Source of the DNA: Opitutia bacterium
GTDB lineage: Bacteria; Verrucomicrobiota; Verrucomicrobiia; Opitutales; Opitutaceae
Assembly: GCA_947478395.1 (NCBI GenBank)
Contig: CANJVR010000002.1
Location: 800,001-864,000, forward strand
Direction of reading: 5' to 3'
DNA: 64,000 bases
The notes under the pieces are model-generated. The model was not told the origin of the DNA. It was given only the letters and a program-made list of their open reading frames with translations, and did no database searches. This document shows, in pieces, positions 52,749-61,717 of this stretch (position 1 is the first letter of the stretch; every line of letters begins with the position of its first letter). The translations under genes were made by a program, and so were the position numbers.

Positions 52749-53504
52749 ATGAACCGTCGCGATTTCCTCACCCGCAGTTCCGCCGCCGTCCTGGCCGTGT
52801 CACTTTCCCCCAACCTCAGCCCGCTCGCCGCCGCCGAACCGGCCGCGGCCGCCACGCCCGTTTCACTGACCTATCCTTTCGCCCTCGAGCCGCTGCCGTA
52901 CGCCTACAACGCACTCGAGCCACACATCGATGAAGCGACGATGAAGTTGCACCACGACAAACATCATCTCGCGTACATTACTAATCTCAACGCCGCGCTC
53001 AAAGACCACCCCGAGCTTCACACCCTCACCGTCGAGCAACTTCTGCGGAAACTGGCCGATCTGCCCCCGACGATTCAGACCGCGGTGCGCAATCACGGCG
53101 GCGGCCATCTCAATCACCGTTTCTTTTGGCATATCATGCGCGCGCCCGGCGTGGAAGGCGCTGGCGCCGAGCCAAAGGGCGAGCTCGCGGCCGCCATCGT
53201 CGCCGAGTGGGGTTCCGTGGAAAAAATGAAAACCGCGTTCAACGACGCGGCCACAAAAGTATTCGGTTCCGGCTGGGCCTTTATCGAAGCGGATGTGAAA
53301 ACCAAAAAACTTTCGATCGCGACCAAGCCCAATCAGGACAGCGAACTTTTTTCCGCCGACCGCGTCGGTCTCCTCGCGTGCGACGTCTGGGAGCACGCCT
53401 ATTATCTTAATTATCAGAACCGCCGCGCCGATTACCTGAAGGCTTGGTGGAACGTGGTCGCCTGGGATGTCGTCGCGCGCAACTACGCCGCCGCCAAAGC
53501 GTAG
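52749..53504 (+). CDS. sodA: Mn/Fe superoxide dismutase with twin-arginine signal peptide
   Basis: MNRRDFL Tat motif; ALEPHID, HHDKHH, NHGGGHLNH, FGSGW, NQD, DVWEHAYY. GGG and NQD favour the Mn type. Confidence 0.9.
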   Translation: MNRRDFLTRSSAAVLAVSLSPNLSPLAAAEPAAAATPVSLTYPFALEPLPYAYNALEPHIDEATMKLHHDKHHLAYITNLNAALKDHPELHTLTVEQLLRKLADLPPTIQTAVRNHGGGHLNHRFFWHIMRAPGVEGAGAEPKGELAAAIVAEWGSVEKMKTAFNDAATKVFGSGWAFIEADVKTKKLSIATKPNQDSELFSADRVGLLACDVWEHAYYLNYQNRRADYLKAWWNVVAWDVVARNYAAAKA

Positions 53505-53541
53505 TCCGCGGGAGCGCCGCCGCACGCACGCTTTTCCCGCT

Positions 53542-54810
53542 TCAGCTCAAATCCCGGATCGAGCCGAATTCCGGATCGAACAGCCGCCGGTAGGTCCGAA
53601 CAATCATACCGTCGGTCAACCCCGCGAGCCAGTCGCAGATCTGCCGCGCCTTGCCGGCCGCTGTGGTCTCCGCATCGATCAAACGGCCCACGTGAGGCGG
53701 CAGAATGTTGATCACCCGGCCACCGCGTTCGACGTAGTTTTTCCACGCCGCGCTCCACAGATCGAACATCACTTTACGCGCCTTATGCTCCATTTGCTGG
53801 AGCTGCGGACTTTCGAAAATGATATCGTTGGCGATCTTTTTATAAAACATCGCCTCGCGTTCCGCCGCGGGCGTCACCGTGAGTTCGAAACGATAACGAT
53901 TGGTCGCCGCGCTCATGAAATTTCGGCGTTCCCGCAACCGGCACGCGGTGATGAACACACCTATCTTCGCCGAGAACGCGCTCTCGAGCCGGTCGCTCCG
54001 AATTGCAGAAAAAAGCTGGTCAAGCCACGCCTGGCGCTCCGCATCCAGCGCCTCGCGCGCGGCCCACGCCTCGATCCGCTCCACGTTGAGAAATCCCGCC
54101 TTCACGCCATCCACGATATCGTTGAGCGAATAAGCGGCATCGTCAGCCCAATCCATGATCTGGCACTCCACGCTTTTGAATCCGTTCAGCGTTTCCCCAG
54201 CGTGGAGTTCAGGCGGGATCGACGCCGGCGCGAAAACAAACGCCCGGACCTCAGCCTGCGGATTGTAGAGAAAGTGATGCGCCGGGAGCGTCGGAAATTC
54301 GGCAAAAAGTTTTTTGTATTTCAGTACACCGTCGAGCAACGCGCGCGTCGGCTGCATCCCATGCACCCCGGACTCGTTCTGATACATCGTGTGCGTGAGG
54401 AGGTGGAGCGTCTGGGCATTGCCTTCGAATCCGCCCCACGGGAGCATCAACTCTTGCAGCGTGCGTTCACCCGAATGGCCGAACGGCGGATGCCCCAGAT
54501 CGTGAGCGAGACACACGGCCTCGACCAGATCGCTATCGATAAAAAAATCCTCCGTCAGCGCTCCGCCCTGCATGCGCAGGAAATGGCAGATTGACCGGCC
54601 AATCTGCGCGACCTCCATCGAATGCGTCAGTCGCGTCCGGTAAAAATCATATTCCCCCGAAAGAAAAACCTGCGTCTTCGACTGCAGCTTCCGAAACGCA
54701 TGAGCATGGATGATCCGGTCGCGATCGATTTGAAACGCATTGCGATAATCCGTCTTGCGGCTGCCACCCAAGGTTTCGGCATCGAAGCCGGAATAAAAAC
54801 GATTCGTCAT
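53542..54810 (-). CDS. dgt: deoxyguanosinetriphosphate triphosphohydrolase (dGTPase/dNTPase)
   Basis: DRDRIIH, FRKLQSKTQV, RTRLTHSMEV, AHDLGHPPFGHSGE, FEGNAQT, ADDAAY; ATG 54810. Confidence 0.93.
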   Translation of the reverse strand: MTNRFYSGFDAETLGGSRKTDYRNAFQIDRDRIIHAHAFRKLQSKTQVFLSGEYDFYRTRLTHSMEVAQIGRSICHFLRMQGGALTEDFFIDSDLVEAVCLAHDLGHPPFGHSGERTLQELMLPWGGFEGNAQTLHLLTHTMYQNESGVHGMQPTRALLDGVLKYKKLFAEFPTLPAHHFLYNPQAEVRAFVFAPASIPPELHAGETLNGFKSVECQIMDWADDAAYSLNDIVDGVKAGFLNVERIEAWAAREALDAERQAWLDQLFSAIRSDRLESAFSAKIGVFITACRLRERRNFMSAATNRYRFELTVTPAAEREAMFYKKIANDIIFESPQLQQMEHKARKVMFDLWSAAWKNYVERGGRVINILPPHVGRLIDAETTAAGKARQICDWLAGLTDGMIVRTYRRLFDPEFGSIRDLS

Positions 54811-54953
54811 CGGAGTTCGTGTCCGACAGCACCGGCTCCGCTCAGCAGAGGCAAACCCATATGCACCGCTTAGACTCAACGGAGCTGCAATCTGAGCCAG
54901 ACGTGATTGCCTGATTCCCATCGGTCGACTCCGCTCTCCCATCCGATACTTCC

Positions 54954-55436
54954 GTGCCGCGATACCTTTTCCCAACTGAACTCGGCCTTTGCGCCATTGA
55001 TTGGGCCGACTCTGCCCTCACCAGTTTCAGCTTGCCCCCGGCCATCGGAGCGCCGTTCGACGAGACGTTGCCGCCAACTTGGCTCAGGCCACTCATCGCT
55101 CGCGTTCAACTGCACCTGGCCGGAACACCGCAGGATTTCTCGGACGTGCGCTTTGCGTTCCAGCGCGTGACGGAATTTCAGCGCCGCGTCTACCTGCAAA
55201 CCCTCGCCATCAGAGTCGGCCTGACTAGCACGTATGGAGAAATTTCGTCGGCGCTCGGGCTGCCACCGGGCGCCTCGCGAGCCGTCGCGGCCGCGCTCGG
55301 CGCTAACCCCTGGCCGCTCTTGATCCCCTGCCACCGGATCATCGGGGCCAACGGCAAAATGACGGGATTTTCCGGGCCGGGCGGGATCGCCACAAAAATC
55401 CGACTACTTACGCTCGAAGGCACCCAGCTAATTTGA
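54954..55436 (+). CDS. ogt: methylated-DNA--protein-cysteine methyltransferase
   Basis: TEFQRRV, TYGEI, RAVAAALGANP, active-site PCHR; GTG start. Confidence 0.9.
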   Translation: MPRYLFPTELGLCAIDWADSALTSFSLPPAIGAPFDETLPPTWLRPLIARVQLHLAGTPQDFSDVRFAFQRVTEFQRRVYLQTLAIRVGLTSTYGEISSALGLPPGASRAVAAALGANPWPLLIPCHRIIGANGKMTGFSGPGGIATKIRLLTLEGTQLI

Positions 55437-55574
55437 GGCGATACGGGCAGGCCCGAAACGCCGAAAACCAGGCTCACGGTGATTTGGGACCGCCGCCGAG
55501 AAAAGAGCCGCGTCGATGGGAAAATCGGGGATTTGCCCTTGATGGCACCCGGGAACGGAATCAATTTCCGCGCC

Positions 55575-55772
55575 ATGTACTGCGCAATTTCCTCCAAGAA
55601 ATTGCATGTCACTTTCAACGGTACTTTCATGCTTTCACCCGGTTCATTCCTTACCTCGGTCCGCGGGAACGACTCCGCCGCTGCCGCCGAACTCAAGACG
55701 ATCACGTACGATATTCAGCGCCTCACAGACCAGCAGATGGTCGCCCAGATCGAGCGGATGGACATTCGTTGA
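55575..55772 (+). CDS. small hypothetical protein (65 aa from ATG 55575)
   Basis: Fills the ogt-cdd gap on the same strand, ends 6 nt before the cdd ATG, and has C/G-ending codons in its 3' half. Alternative starts at 55479 and 55542. Confidence 0.5.
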   Translation: MYCAISSKKLHVTFNGTFMLSPGSFLTSVRGNDSAAAAELKTITYDIQRLTDQQMVAQIERMDIR

Positions 55773-55778
55773 CCCTTC

Positions 55779-56186
55779 ATGCCCCGTAAAATCTCCCCAC
55801 TCTCCGCTTTGATCCGGACCGCGCGCGCCGCGGTGAAGAAGTCTTATGCGCCCTACTCCAAGTTTCCGGTCGGAGCGGCAGTCCTCGCGGGTTCGGGCAA
55901 AATTTATGCAGGGTGCAATGTCGAGAACGCGTCCTACGGGCTCTGCAACTGTGCCGAGCGCAGCGCGATTTTCGCCGCCGCCTCCGCTGGGGAACGCGTC
56001 ATCCGGGCGGTCGCCATCTATACGCCGACCGCAACCCCCACCGCACCCTGCGGGGCCTGCCGCCAGGTCATCAATGAATTTGGCCCTACCGCGTTGGTCG
56101 TGAGTGTCTGCGACTCCGCCGAACGCACCGAGGCCACGCTCGACCAATTGCTCCCCGCTGCATTTGGCCCGGCCAACTTACGGTGA
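55779..56186 (+). CDS. cdd: cytidine deaminase (homotetrameric type)
   Basis: YAPYSKFPVGAA, GCNVENASY, CAER, PCGACRQ. Confidence 0.95.
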   Translation: MPRKISPLSALIRTARAAVKKSYAPYSKFPVGAAVLAGSGKIYAGCNVENASYGLCNCAERSAIFAAASAGERVIRAVAIYTPTATPTAPCGACRQVINEFGPTALVVSVCDSAERTEATLDQLLPAAFGPANLR

Positions 56187-56218
56187 CACCGAGCCTTTCC
56201 CGCTCAGGCAGGCTTAAC

Positions 56219-57529
56219 CTAACCCGTGAAAATATCTCGGACCGCGGCGATCACATCAACGCTCGGTACTTCACGTTCACTTCTGTCGCTGAGATCACGA
56301 ATCTTGACCGTGCCCTTCGCCAGTTCGTCACCCCCGTAAATCAGCGCGATCTTCGCGCCACATTCCGCGGCCGCTTTGAATTGCTTGCCGAAGGCCATTT
56401 CCCGGAGCGGATAATCCACCCGGAATCCGGCCGCCCGCAGCGCGTGAATGTCCGCGAACGCCGCCGCCCGCTCCTTTTCACCGCCAATCACGCAATAAAC
56501 GTCCGGGACCTGCACTAACGCCGGCATCAGGCCGCGCTGCTCAAGCAGCAACGCAAACGTCATGTCGCCAATGGCGAAACCCACGGCCGGAAGTGCGGGG
56601 CCACCGAGTTTCTGGACTAGATCATCGTACCGCCCACCGCCGGCAAGTGCGCGCAATTCCCCTTTGCGATCGAAGGCTTCGAAAACGAACCCGGTGTAAT
56701 ATGCCAGCCCACGGACTACCCCAAGGTCGACTTCGACAAAGCGCTCCAAGCCCATCGCCGCCAGACCAGCCAGTAGTTTTCGCCAGTCGGCCAAGCGCGC
56801 TGAAATTTTTTCTCCGCCGAGCGAAGCCACGGTTTCCTCGATAGCGGAGAGCGATTTAACGCGAAGAAACGCCAGCACCTTCGCCTTTAGCTCATCGCCC
56901 GGTTCGCCGAATTGCTCTGCGTAGGATTTGAAAGCGTCGTCACCCATCTTCTCAAACTTGTCCACCGCGCCCAGCATCGCGCGAATGCGAAGCTCGTCCA
57001 AGCCGAGCGCTTCAAGATAATAAAACCAGAGATTGCGGTCGCTCAGCCGCACATAGAAATCCTGGTCGGTCAGGCCGAACGCGCACAAACATTGGGTCAG
57101 CAACGCAATCAGCTCAATTTCAGCCTCGGGGCCTGGCTCAGCAAAAATATCGGCGTTGAACTGGAAAAAACAGCGCCCCCGGCCCTTCTGCATCCGCTCG
57201 TAGCGATAAAATTCAGCAATGCTAAACCACTTGATCGGGCGCTTGAGTGAGCTGGCTTTCGCTCCGACAAGACGGCAGACCGTCGGCGTCATTTCCGGCC
57301 GTAGCGCGACGTCGCGTCCGCCCTTGTCGGTGAAACTAAAGAGCTGCGCCTCGATCTCGTCTCCTGACTTCGCCTTGTAAAGTTCGAGCGGTTCGAGCAC
57401 CGGCGCATCGTATTCAGAGAAGCCAAATACGCCTGCGGTCTGGCGCCAAAGCCGGAAGATATGATTACGCCGGGCAAAATCCTCGGGATAGAACTCACGG
57501 AAGCCGGGCAGGGTTTGGAACGTGGCCAT
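56219..57529 (-). CDS. hisS: histidine--tRNA ligase
   Basis: LRPEMTP, YRYERMQKGRGR, VRGLAYYTG, GGGRYD, AVGFAIG, anticodon-binding domain. Confidence 0.95.
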   Translation of the reverse strand: MATFQTLPGFREFYPEDFARRNHIFRLWRQTAGVFGFSEYDAPVLEPLELYKAKSGDEIEAQLFSFTDKGGRDVALRPEMTPTVCRLVGAKASSLKRPIKWFSIAEFYRYERMQKGRGRCFFQFNADIFAEPGPEAEIELIALLTQCLCAFGLTDQDFYVRLSDRNLWFYYLEALGLDELRIRAMLGAVDKFEKMGDDAFKSYAEQFGEPGDELKAKVLAFLRVKSLSAIEETVASLGGEKISARLADWRKLLAGLAAMGLERFVEVDLGVVRGLAYYTGFVFEAFDRKGELRALAGGGRYDDLVQKLGGPALPAVGFAIGDMTFALLLEQRGLMPALVQVPDVYCVIGGEKERAAAFADIHALRAAGFRVDYPLREMAFGKQFKAAAECGAKIALIYGGDELAKGTVKIRDLSDRSEREVPSVDVIAAVRDIFTG

Positions 57530-57670
57530 GAAAAGAGGACCTCACGTTGCAAATCGCTCGGCCCCCGCGCGAGGAAAAATCCCGGATTACAGAGTCACGC
57601 TGATCGGGATCGACTTCGGACGCTGGCATCTGCGGAGGAAAAAAGCGGTGCGCATCGGCCCAATGGGAAC

Positions 57671-57704
57671 AAAAAAAACGCCGGTGAAATTCACCGGCGT
57701 TTTT
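57671..57704 (-). terminator. intrinsic terminator downstream of the HU gene (symmetric)
   Basis: AAAAAAAACGCCGGTGAAATTCACCGGCGTTTTT: perfect GC-rich stem flanked by A and T tracts. Confidence 0.85.
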
Positions 57705-57729
57705 AAAATACGGAGCTTAGCCGCTCGCA

Positions 57730-58041
57730 TCACATGAGCTTGGCGAGGTCGATTTTCTTGAGCTGCTGCTTGAGAATCTTGCCAGATTTGAATTTGACCA
57801 CCGCCCGCTGGGGGATGATCACCTCGGCTTCGGGCTTGTTCGGGTTGCGGCCGATACGTTGCTTGCGAACTTGCACTTCGAGTACACCGAAATTCCTCAG
57901 CTCGACATTCCGGCCGTCGGCCAGCGCCTTCTGAATGATATCAAGCGTCTGCTGCACCGTGTCGACGATCTGCTTTTGAGGGAATCCGGCTTTCCGGAAA
58001 ATCTGCAGTACGATTTCTCTTTTGGTTAGATTTGCGGACAT
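57730..58041 (-). CDS. HU/IHF-family DNA-binding protein
   Basis: LTKREIV, VELRNFGVL, RIGRNPNK, VVKFKSGK. Confidence 0.93.
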   Translation of the reverse strand: MSANLTKREIVLQIFRKAGFPQKQIVDTVQQTLDIIQKALADGRNVELRNFGVLEVQVRKQRIGRNPNKPEAEVIIPQRAVVKFKSGKILKQQLKKIDLAKLM

Positions 58042-58164
58042 GTGTTCGGTTGTGTATAGTTAACTGACGACCCGTAACTATTTGCAGAGCCTACGTTGCG
58101 TCAACCTCAACGGTGACTTTAGCACTGGGTCGCCTAATACTCATTATTTTCCCTAGCCGCCACC

Positions 58165-58866
58165 ATGCCCGATCCTGTCGCCGTCAGTTCCATGTTTGCC
58201 CGTATCGCCCGGAATTATGACCGCGCCAACCGGCTATTGAGTGCAGGCACGGACCTGTGGTGGCGCCGGTGTCTGGTCGGTCAGGTCCGTCGCCACTCCC
58301 CCTCCCGCGTGCTGGACCTCGCGACCGGAAGCGGTGACGTCGCCTTCGCGCTCGCGCGCGTGTTGCCCCGGGACACGACCATTATCGGGATGGATTTTTG
58401 CCAGCCCATGTTGGATGAGGCGGAAGCCAAAAAAAAAGCCGCGCCCCGGCGTGAAGGCACGGAAGTGGAGTTTTTGCCCGGGGACGGTCTAGCGCTGCCG
58501 CTCGCCGATGGCGGCTTTGACGCGGTCACGATTTCATTTGGGCTGCGCAATATGACCGACCGCGCTTGCTCGCTGCGTGAAATGCGGCGCGTGTTGCGGC
58601 CCGGCGGAAGACTGTTCGTCCTCGAATTTTCCCAACCGCAGCAATGGTTCAAGCCGCTCTATTTTTTTTATCTCAGGCACATCCTGCCCGCAATCGCCGG
58701 CGCCGTGACGGGCGACCGCGCCGCCTATGTTTACCTCAACGAGACCATCGAGCAATTTCCCGCAGCGCAGGAATTGTCGGGCGAAATTGAGCGCGCCGGT
58801 TTTGTGCAGGTTCAGTTCAAACGGCTTTCCTTGGGCATGGTTGCCCTTCATGAAGCCCGGGCTTGA
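58165..58866 (+). CDS. ubiE: UbiE/MenG-family quinone C-methyltransferase
   Basis: MFARIARNYDRAN, LDLATGSGD, ISFGLRN, RVLRPGG, LEFS, AYVYLNETI. Confidence 0.92.
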   Translation: MPDPVAVSSMFARIARNYDRANRLLSAGTDLWWRRCLVGQVRRHSPSRVLDLATGSGDVAFALARVLPRDTTIIGMDFCQPMLDEAEAKKKAAPRREGTEVEFLPGDGLALPLADGGFDAVTISFGLRNMTDRACSLREMRRVLRPGGRLFVLEFSQPQQWFKPLYFFYLRHILPAIAGAVTGDRAAYVYLNETIEQFPAAQELSGEIERAGFVQVQFKRLSLGMVALHEARA

Positions 58867-58881
58867 ACAACCGCGAGCAGC

Positions 58882-59199
58882 CTAGTTGAACGATTTTCCG
58901 CAGCCGCAGGTGGACTGCGCATTGGGATTTTTGATTTCAAATCCCTTCCCGTGCAGCCCGTCGTCAAAATCGATCTGCGAGCCATTCAAGTAAGCCAGGC
59001 TGGCCGGATCCAATAGCATCTTTACGCCTTCACTTTCCAAAGTCGTGTCGTCGGACTTTGAGTCGTCGAAAGACATGCCATACTGAAAACCGGAGCAGCC
59101 ACCGGACTCGACCAACACCCGAAGCAGCTTGGCCGGTGCGTCCAGTTCCGACTGCATCGTTCGAACTTGGTTTGCGGCGCGGGGCGTGAGTGTAATCAT
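58882..59199 (-). CDS. A-type Fe-S cluster carrier (HesB/IscA/ErpA)
   Basis: GGCSGFQY and C-terminal TCGCGKSF. Confidence 0.95.
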   Translation of the reverse strand: MITLTPRAANQVRTMQSELDAPAKLLRVLVESGGCSGFQYGMSFDDSKSDDTTLESEGVKMLLDPASLAYLNGSQIDFDDGLHGKGFEIKNPNAQSTCGCGKSFN

Positions 59200-59205
59200 G
59201 GCCCA

Positions 59206-59233
59206 AACGTAAAGCCGCGCCAGGTGCTGTCAA
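59206..59233 (-). promoter_or_regulatory. sigma70-type promoter, probably giving a leaderless erpA/iscA mRNA
   Basis: Minus strand TTGACA-N16-TACGTT-N6-ATG. Confidence 0.55.
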
Positions 59234-59409
59234 TCGACGCCGCCCCGCTATTCGACGCGAAGCGGCTCCGATTCTCGGCATTGAAGGTAACTGCGGAAGC
59301 GCGCTGATTCGTGGCGAATCGGGTGGCAACAAAATACCTGCAGCAATTTCCGGGCCTGTTTTCGATTTGCACTCTTGCCAGTGGTTGAGGCCGCGCCCTT
59401 TCTCGCTTC

Positions 59410-60033
59410 GTGGGATCCCTCCAGCACATCTTCAACGAGCTCCAATACAAGATGACCCGCAAGATTGCGGAAGGCGGGATGGGCCTTGTTTATGAGGCCG
59501 TCCAACTAGGCGCCGGAAATTTCCGAAAAGTCCTGGCGGTGAAGCTTATCCGCGAGGTGTATTCTGCCATCGCGGAGTTTAAAAACAACTTCATCGACGA
59601 AGCCCGCTTTACGGTGATCGGCGGCAAAGACGAATACCTTTCCCCCGAGCAGGCCAGTTACGAGGTCACCGATGCCCGCGCCGATATTTTCCACCTCGGT
59701 ATCGTCCTCACCGAAATTCAATTGGGCCGGAATCTTTTCCGCTCCGTCGACCGCGCCCAGTCGCGCCGCAACATTCTTTCGATGCCGATACCAAAGTTCG
59801 CCACGCTGCGCGCGGATATCGAGCTGGCCCTAGAAACCATCATCCAGCGCTGCCTGCAGCGGGATCGCGACCAACGCTACCAGTCCTCCCTCGACGTATT
59901 GACCGATTTGGAAATGTACCACTACAGCGACCGTTACGGACCGACCAACGAAAAGCTCGGTGTCTATCTCAAGGAAATCTTTGGAGTGCGTGACCCCGTT
60001 GTTCCTGCGCCCTTCTTGAGCACCCAAATCTGA
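59410..60033 (+). pseudogene. Hanks-type Ser/Thr kinase with in-frame internal deletion of the catalytic core (pseudogene or pseudokinase)
   Basis: Gly loop AEGGMGLVYEA, LAVK lysine and helix C FIDEAR run straight into VIGGKDEYLSPEQA (subdomain VIII) and DARADIF. No HRD or DFG; only 207 aa. Confidence 0.75.
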
Positions 60034-60062
60034 GATGAAGGCTTCGTATTTTCATCCAGCTT

Positions 60063-61556
60063 ATGAGCGGGCCCGGATTTAGCCAAGATCTGCGGCAGCG
60101 ACAAAGTCAGTCGCTCATCCTCGCCCCCCAACTCAGGCAATCACTCAAGATCCTGCAGGTGGCGGCGCTTGATTTGCGCTCAGTCATACAGGAAGAGCTG
60201 CAAGCTAACCCCACCTTGGAAGAAATGCCGATGGACGGCATGAGCCTGGATAAGCCAGCGGAGACGGAGGATCTCTCCGGCGAGCCCGAGGGCGATTCCG
60301 CCTCTCCTGCCCCCACCGACAACAGCGAGGTCAAGGGCGATGAACTCGATTTCACGAAGGAGTTCGAGATTCTCGGGAAAATCGACGAAGACTGGCGTGA
60401 CCATATGGCGAGCGCCGGCGGAGCGCAGCCTTACACCTCGGAAGATGCCGAGCGTCGCCAGCATTTCTTCGATTCGCTTGTGAGCGTGACATCGCTGCAG
60501 GAACATCTGATGCAGCAGGCCGAGATGGACGATCTCGACGCGCCCACCCTCAGCGCGCTCCGGCATCTCGTCGGCAGCTTGAATGATCGCGGCTTCCTTA
60601 CGCAGAGCCCGTCCGACGTCGCCCTTCAAACCGGCATTTCCCTTGAGTCGGTCAAACACGCTCTCTCTCTCCTGAAAGCGTTCGATCCACCCGGCATCGG
60701 CGCGCAGACTCTGTCCGAATGTCTGCTGTCCCAACTCTCGGCCAACGGCCGAAGCGACTCGCTCGGCGCACGCATGATCCGAGATCACTTCGATCTCTTG
60801 TCACGCCGGCGCATTCCCGAACTCGCGCGCAAACTCGCGGCCGCGCCAGACGACGTGCAGGCCGCCATCGAGGAAATCGGGAAACTAGATCCGGCGCCGG
60901 GCCGCCGCTTTGCCGAGGATAACAACCGCATCGTGGTCGCCGACGTAACCGTCGAAAAAGACGGCACGGAGTGGAAGATTTCGCTGAATGACGATTACAT
61001 CCCGCGTCTCCGTATCTCCAGTACCTACCGCGATCTCATCGCCAAGGGCACCCTCTCGAAGCAGGAACGAGATTATCTGCGTGAACGGATTCGCGCCGGG
61101 AAATTCCTCATTGATTCAATCGAACAGCGCCAGCGCACCATCGAGCGCATCACCCGCGAGATCATCAAGGCGCAGCTGGCGTTTTTCGAAAACGGCGTTT
61201 CCGAGCTAAAACCGCTCACAATGACCCAAATCGCCGACGTCGTCGGCGTCCACGAAACCACCGTCAGCCGGGCGATCGCGAACAAGTATCTGAAGACGCC
61301 GCACGGTGTTTTCGATTTTAAATATTTCTTCACCCCGGGTTATCAGTCCGAGGCCGGCGCCTCGGTCTCCAACACCAGTGTAAAAGAAATGATCGCGGAC
61401 CTCGTCGCCGGAGAAGAAAAAGCGTCGCCGCTTAGCGACCAAGAGCTTGTGACCAAGCTCCAAGCCAAGGGCATCACCATCGCACGGCGGACGGTCGCTA
61501 AATATCGAGAGGAACTCAGCATCCTTCCGAGCAACCTGCGCCGCGACTACAAGTAA
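60063..61556 (+). CDS. rpoN: RNA polymerase sigma-54 factor
   Basis: Q-rich region I (QSQSLILAPQLRQSL), DPPGIGAQTLSECL, HETTVSRA, RpoN box ARRTVAKYRE. Confidence 0.97.
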   Translation: MSGPGFSQDLRQRQSQSLILAPQLRQSLKILQVAALDLRSVIQEELQANPTLEEMPMDGMSLDKPAETEDLSGEPEGDSASPAPTDNSEVKGDELDFTKEFEILGKIDEDWRDHMASAGGAQPYTSEDAERRQHFFDSLVSVTSLQEHLMQQAEMDDLDAPTLSALRHLVGSLNDRGFLTQSPSDVALQTGISLESVKHALSLLKAFDPPGIGAQTLSECLLSQLSANGRSDSLGARMIRDHFDLLSRRRIPELARKLAAAPDDVQAAIEEIGKLDPAPGRRFAEDNNRIVVADVTVEKDGTEWKISLNDDYIPRLRISSTYRDLIAKGTLSKQERDYLRERIRAGKFLIDSIEQRQRTIERITREIIKAQLAFFENGVSELKPLTMTQIADVVGVHETTVSRAIANKYLKTPHGVFDFKYFFTPGYQSEAGASVSNTSVKEMIADLVAGEEKASPLSDQELVTKLQAKGITIARRTVAKYREELSILPSNLRRDYK

Positions 61557-61642
61557 GTCGTTCCGGGCTCTGGGAGGGCATCGCGAAATATGTGGCCGAA
61601 GTCGGGGTGGTTTAGCTTTAAGCCGCCGACGCGGCTCGGCTG

Positions 61643-61698
61643 AAAAGGGGAGCGGAGCTGAAAGCGGCGCATCAAGGATGACCGCTCCCTACCCTTTT
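61643..61698. repeat. inverted repeat (GTAGGGAGCGG REP-like) between convergent rpoN and tsaD, possible terminator
   Basis: AAAAGGGGAGCGG ... CCGCTCCCTACCCTTTT. Confidence 0.55.
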
Positions 61699-61717
61699 AG
61701 ACGCCGCGACAGCTGCG

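Noticed and set aside
57522..57737. ORF containing LIGIDFG, reminiscent of RuvX/YqgF
   Set aside because: The match is only a few residues, the ORF runs through the HU terminator and overlaps the hisS start, and the rest of the fold is absent.
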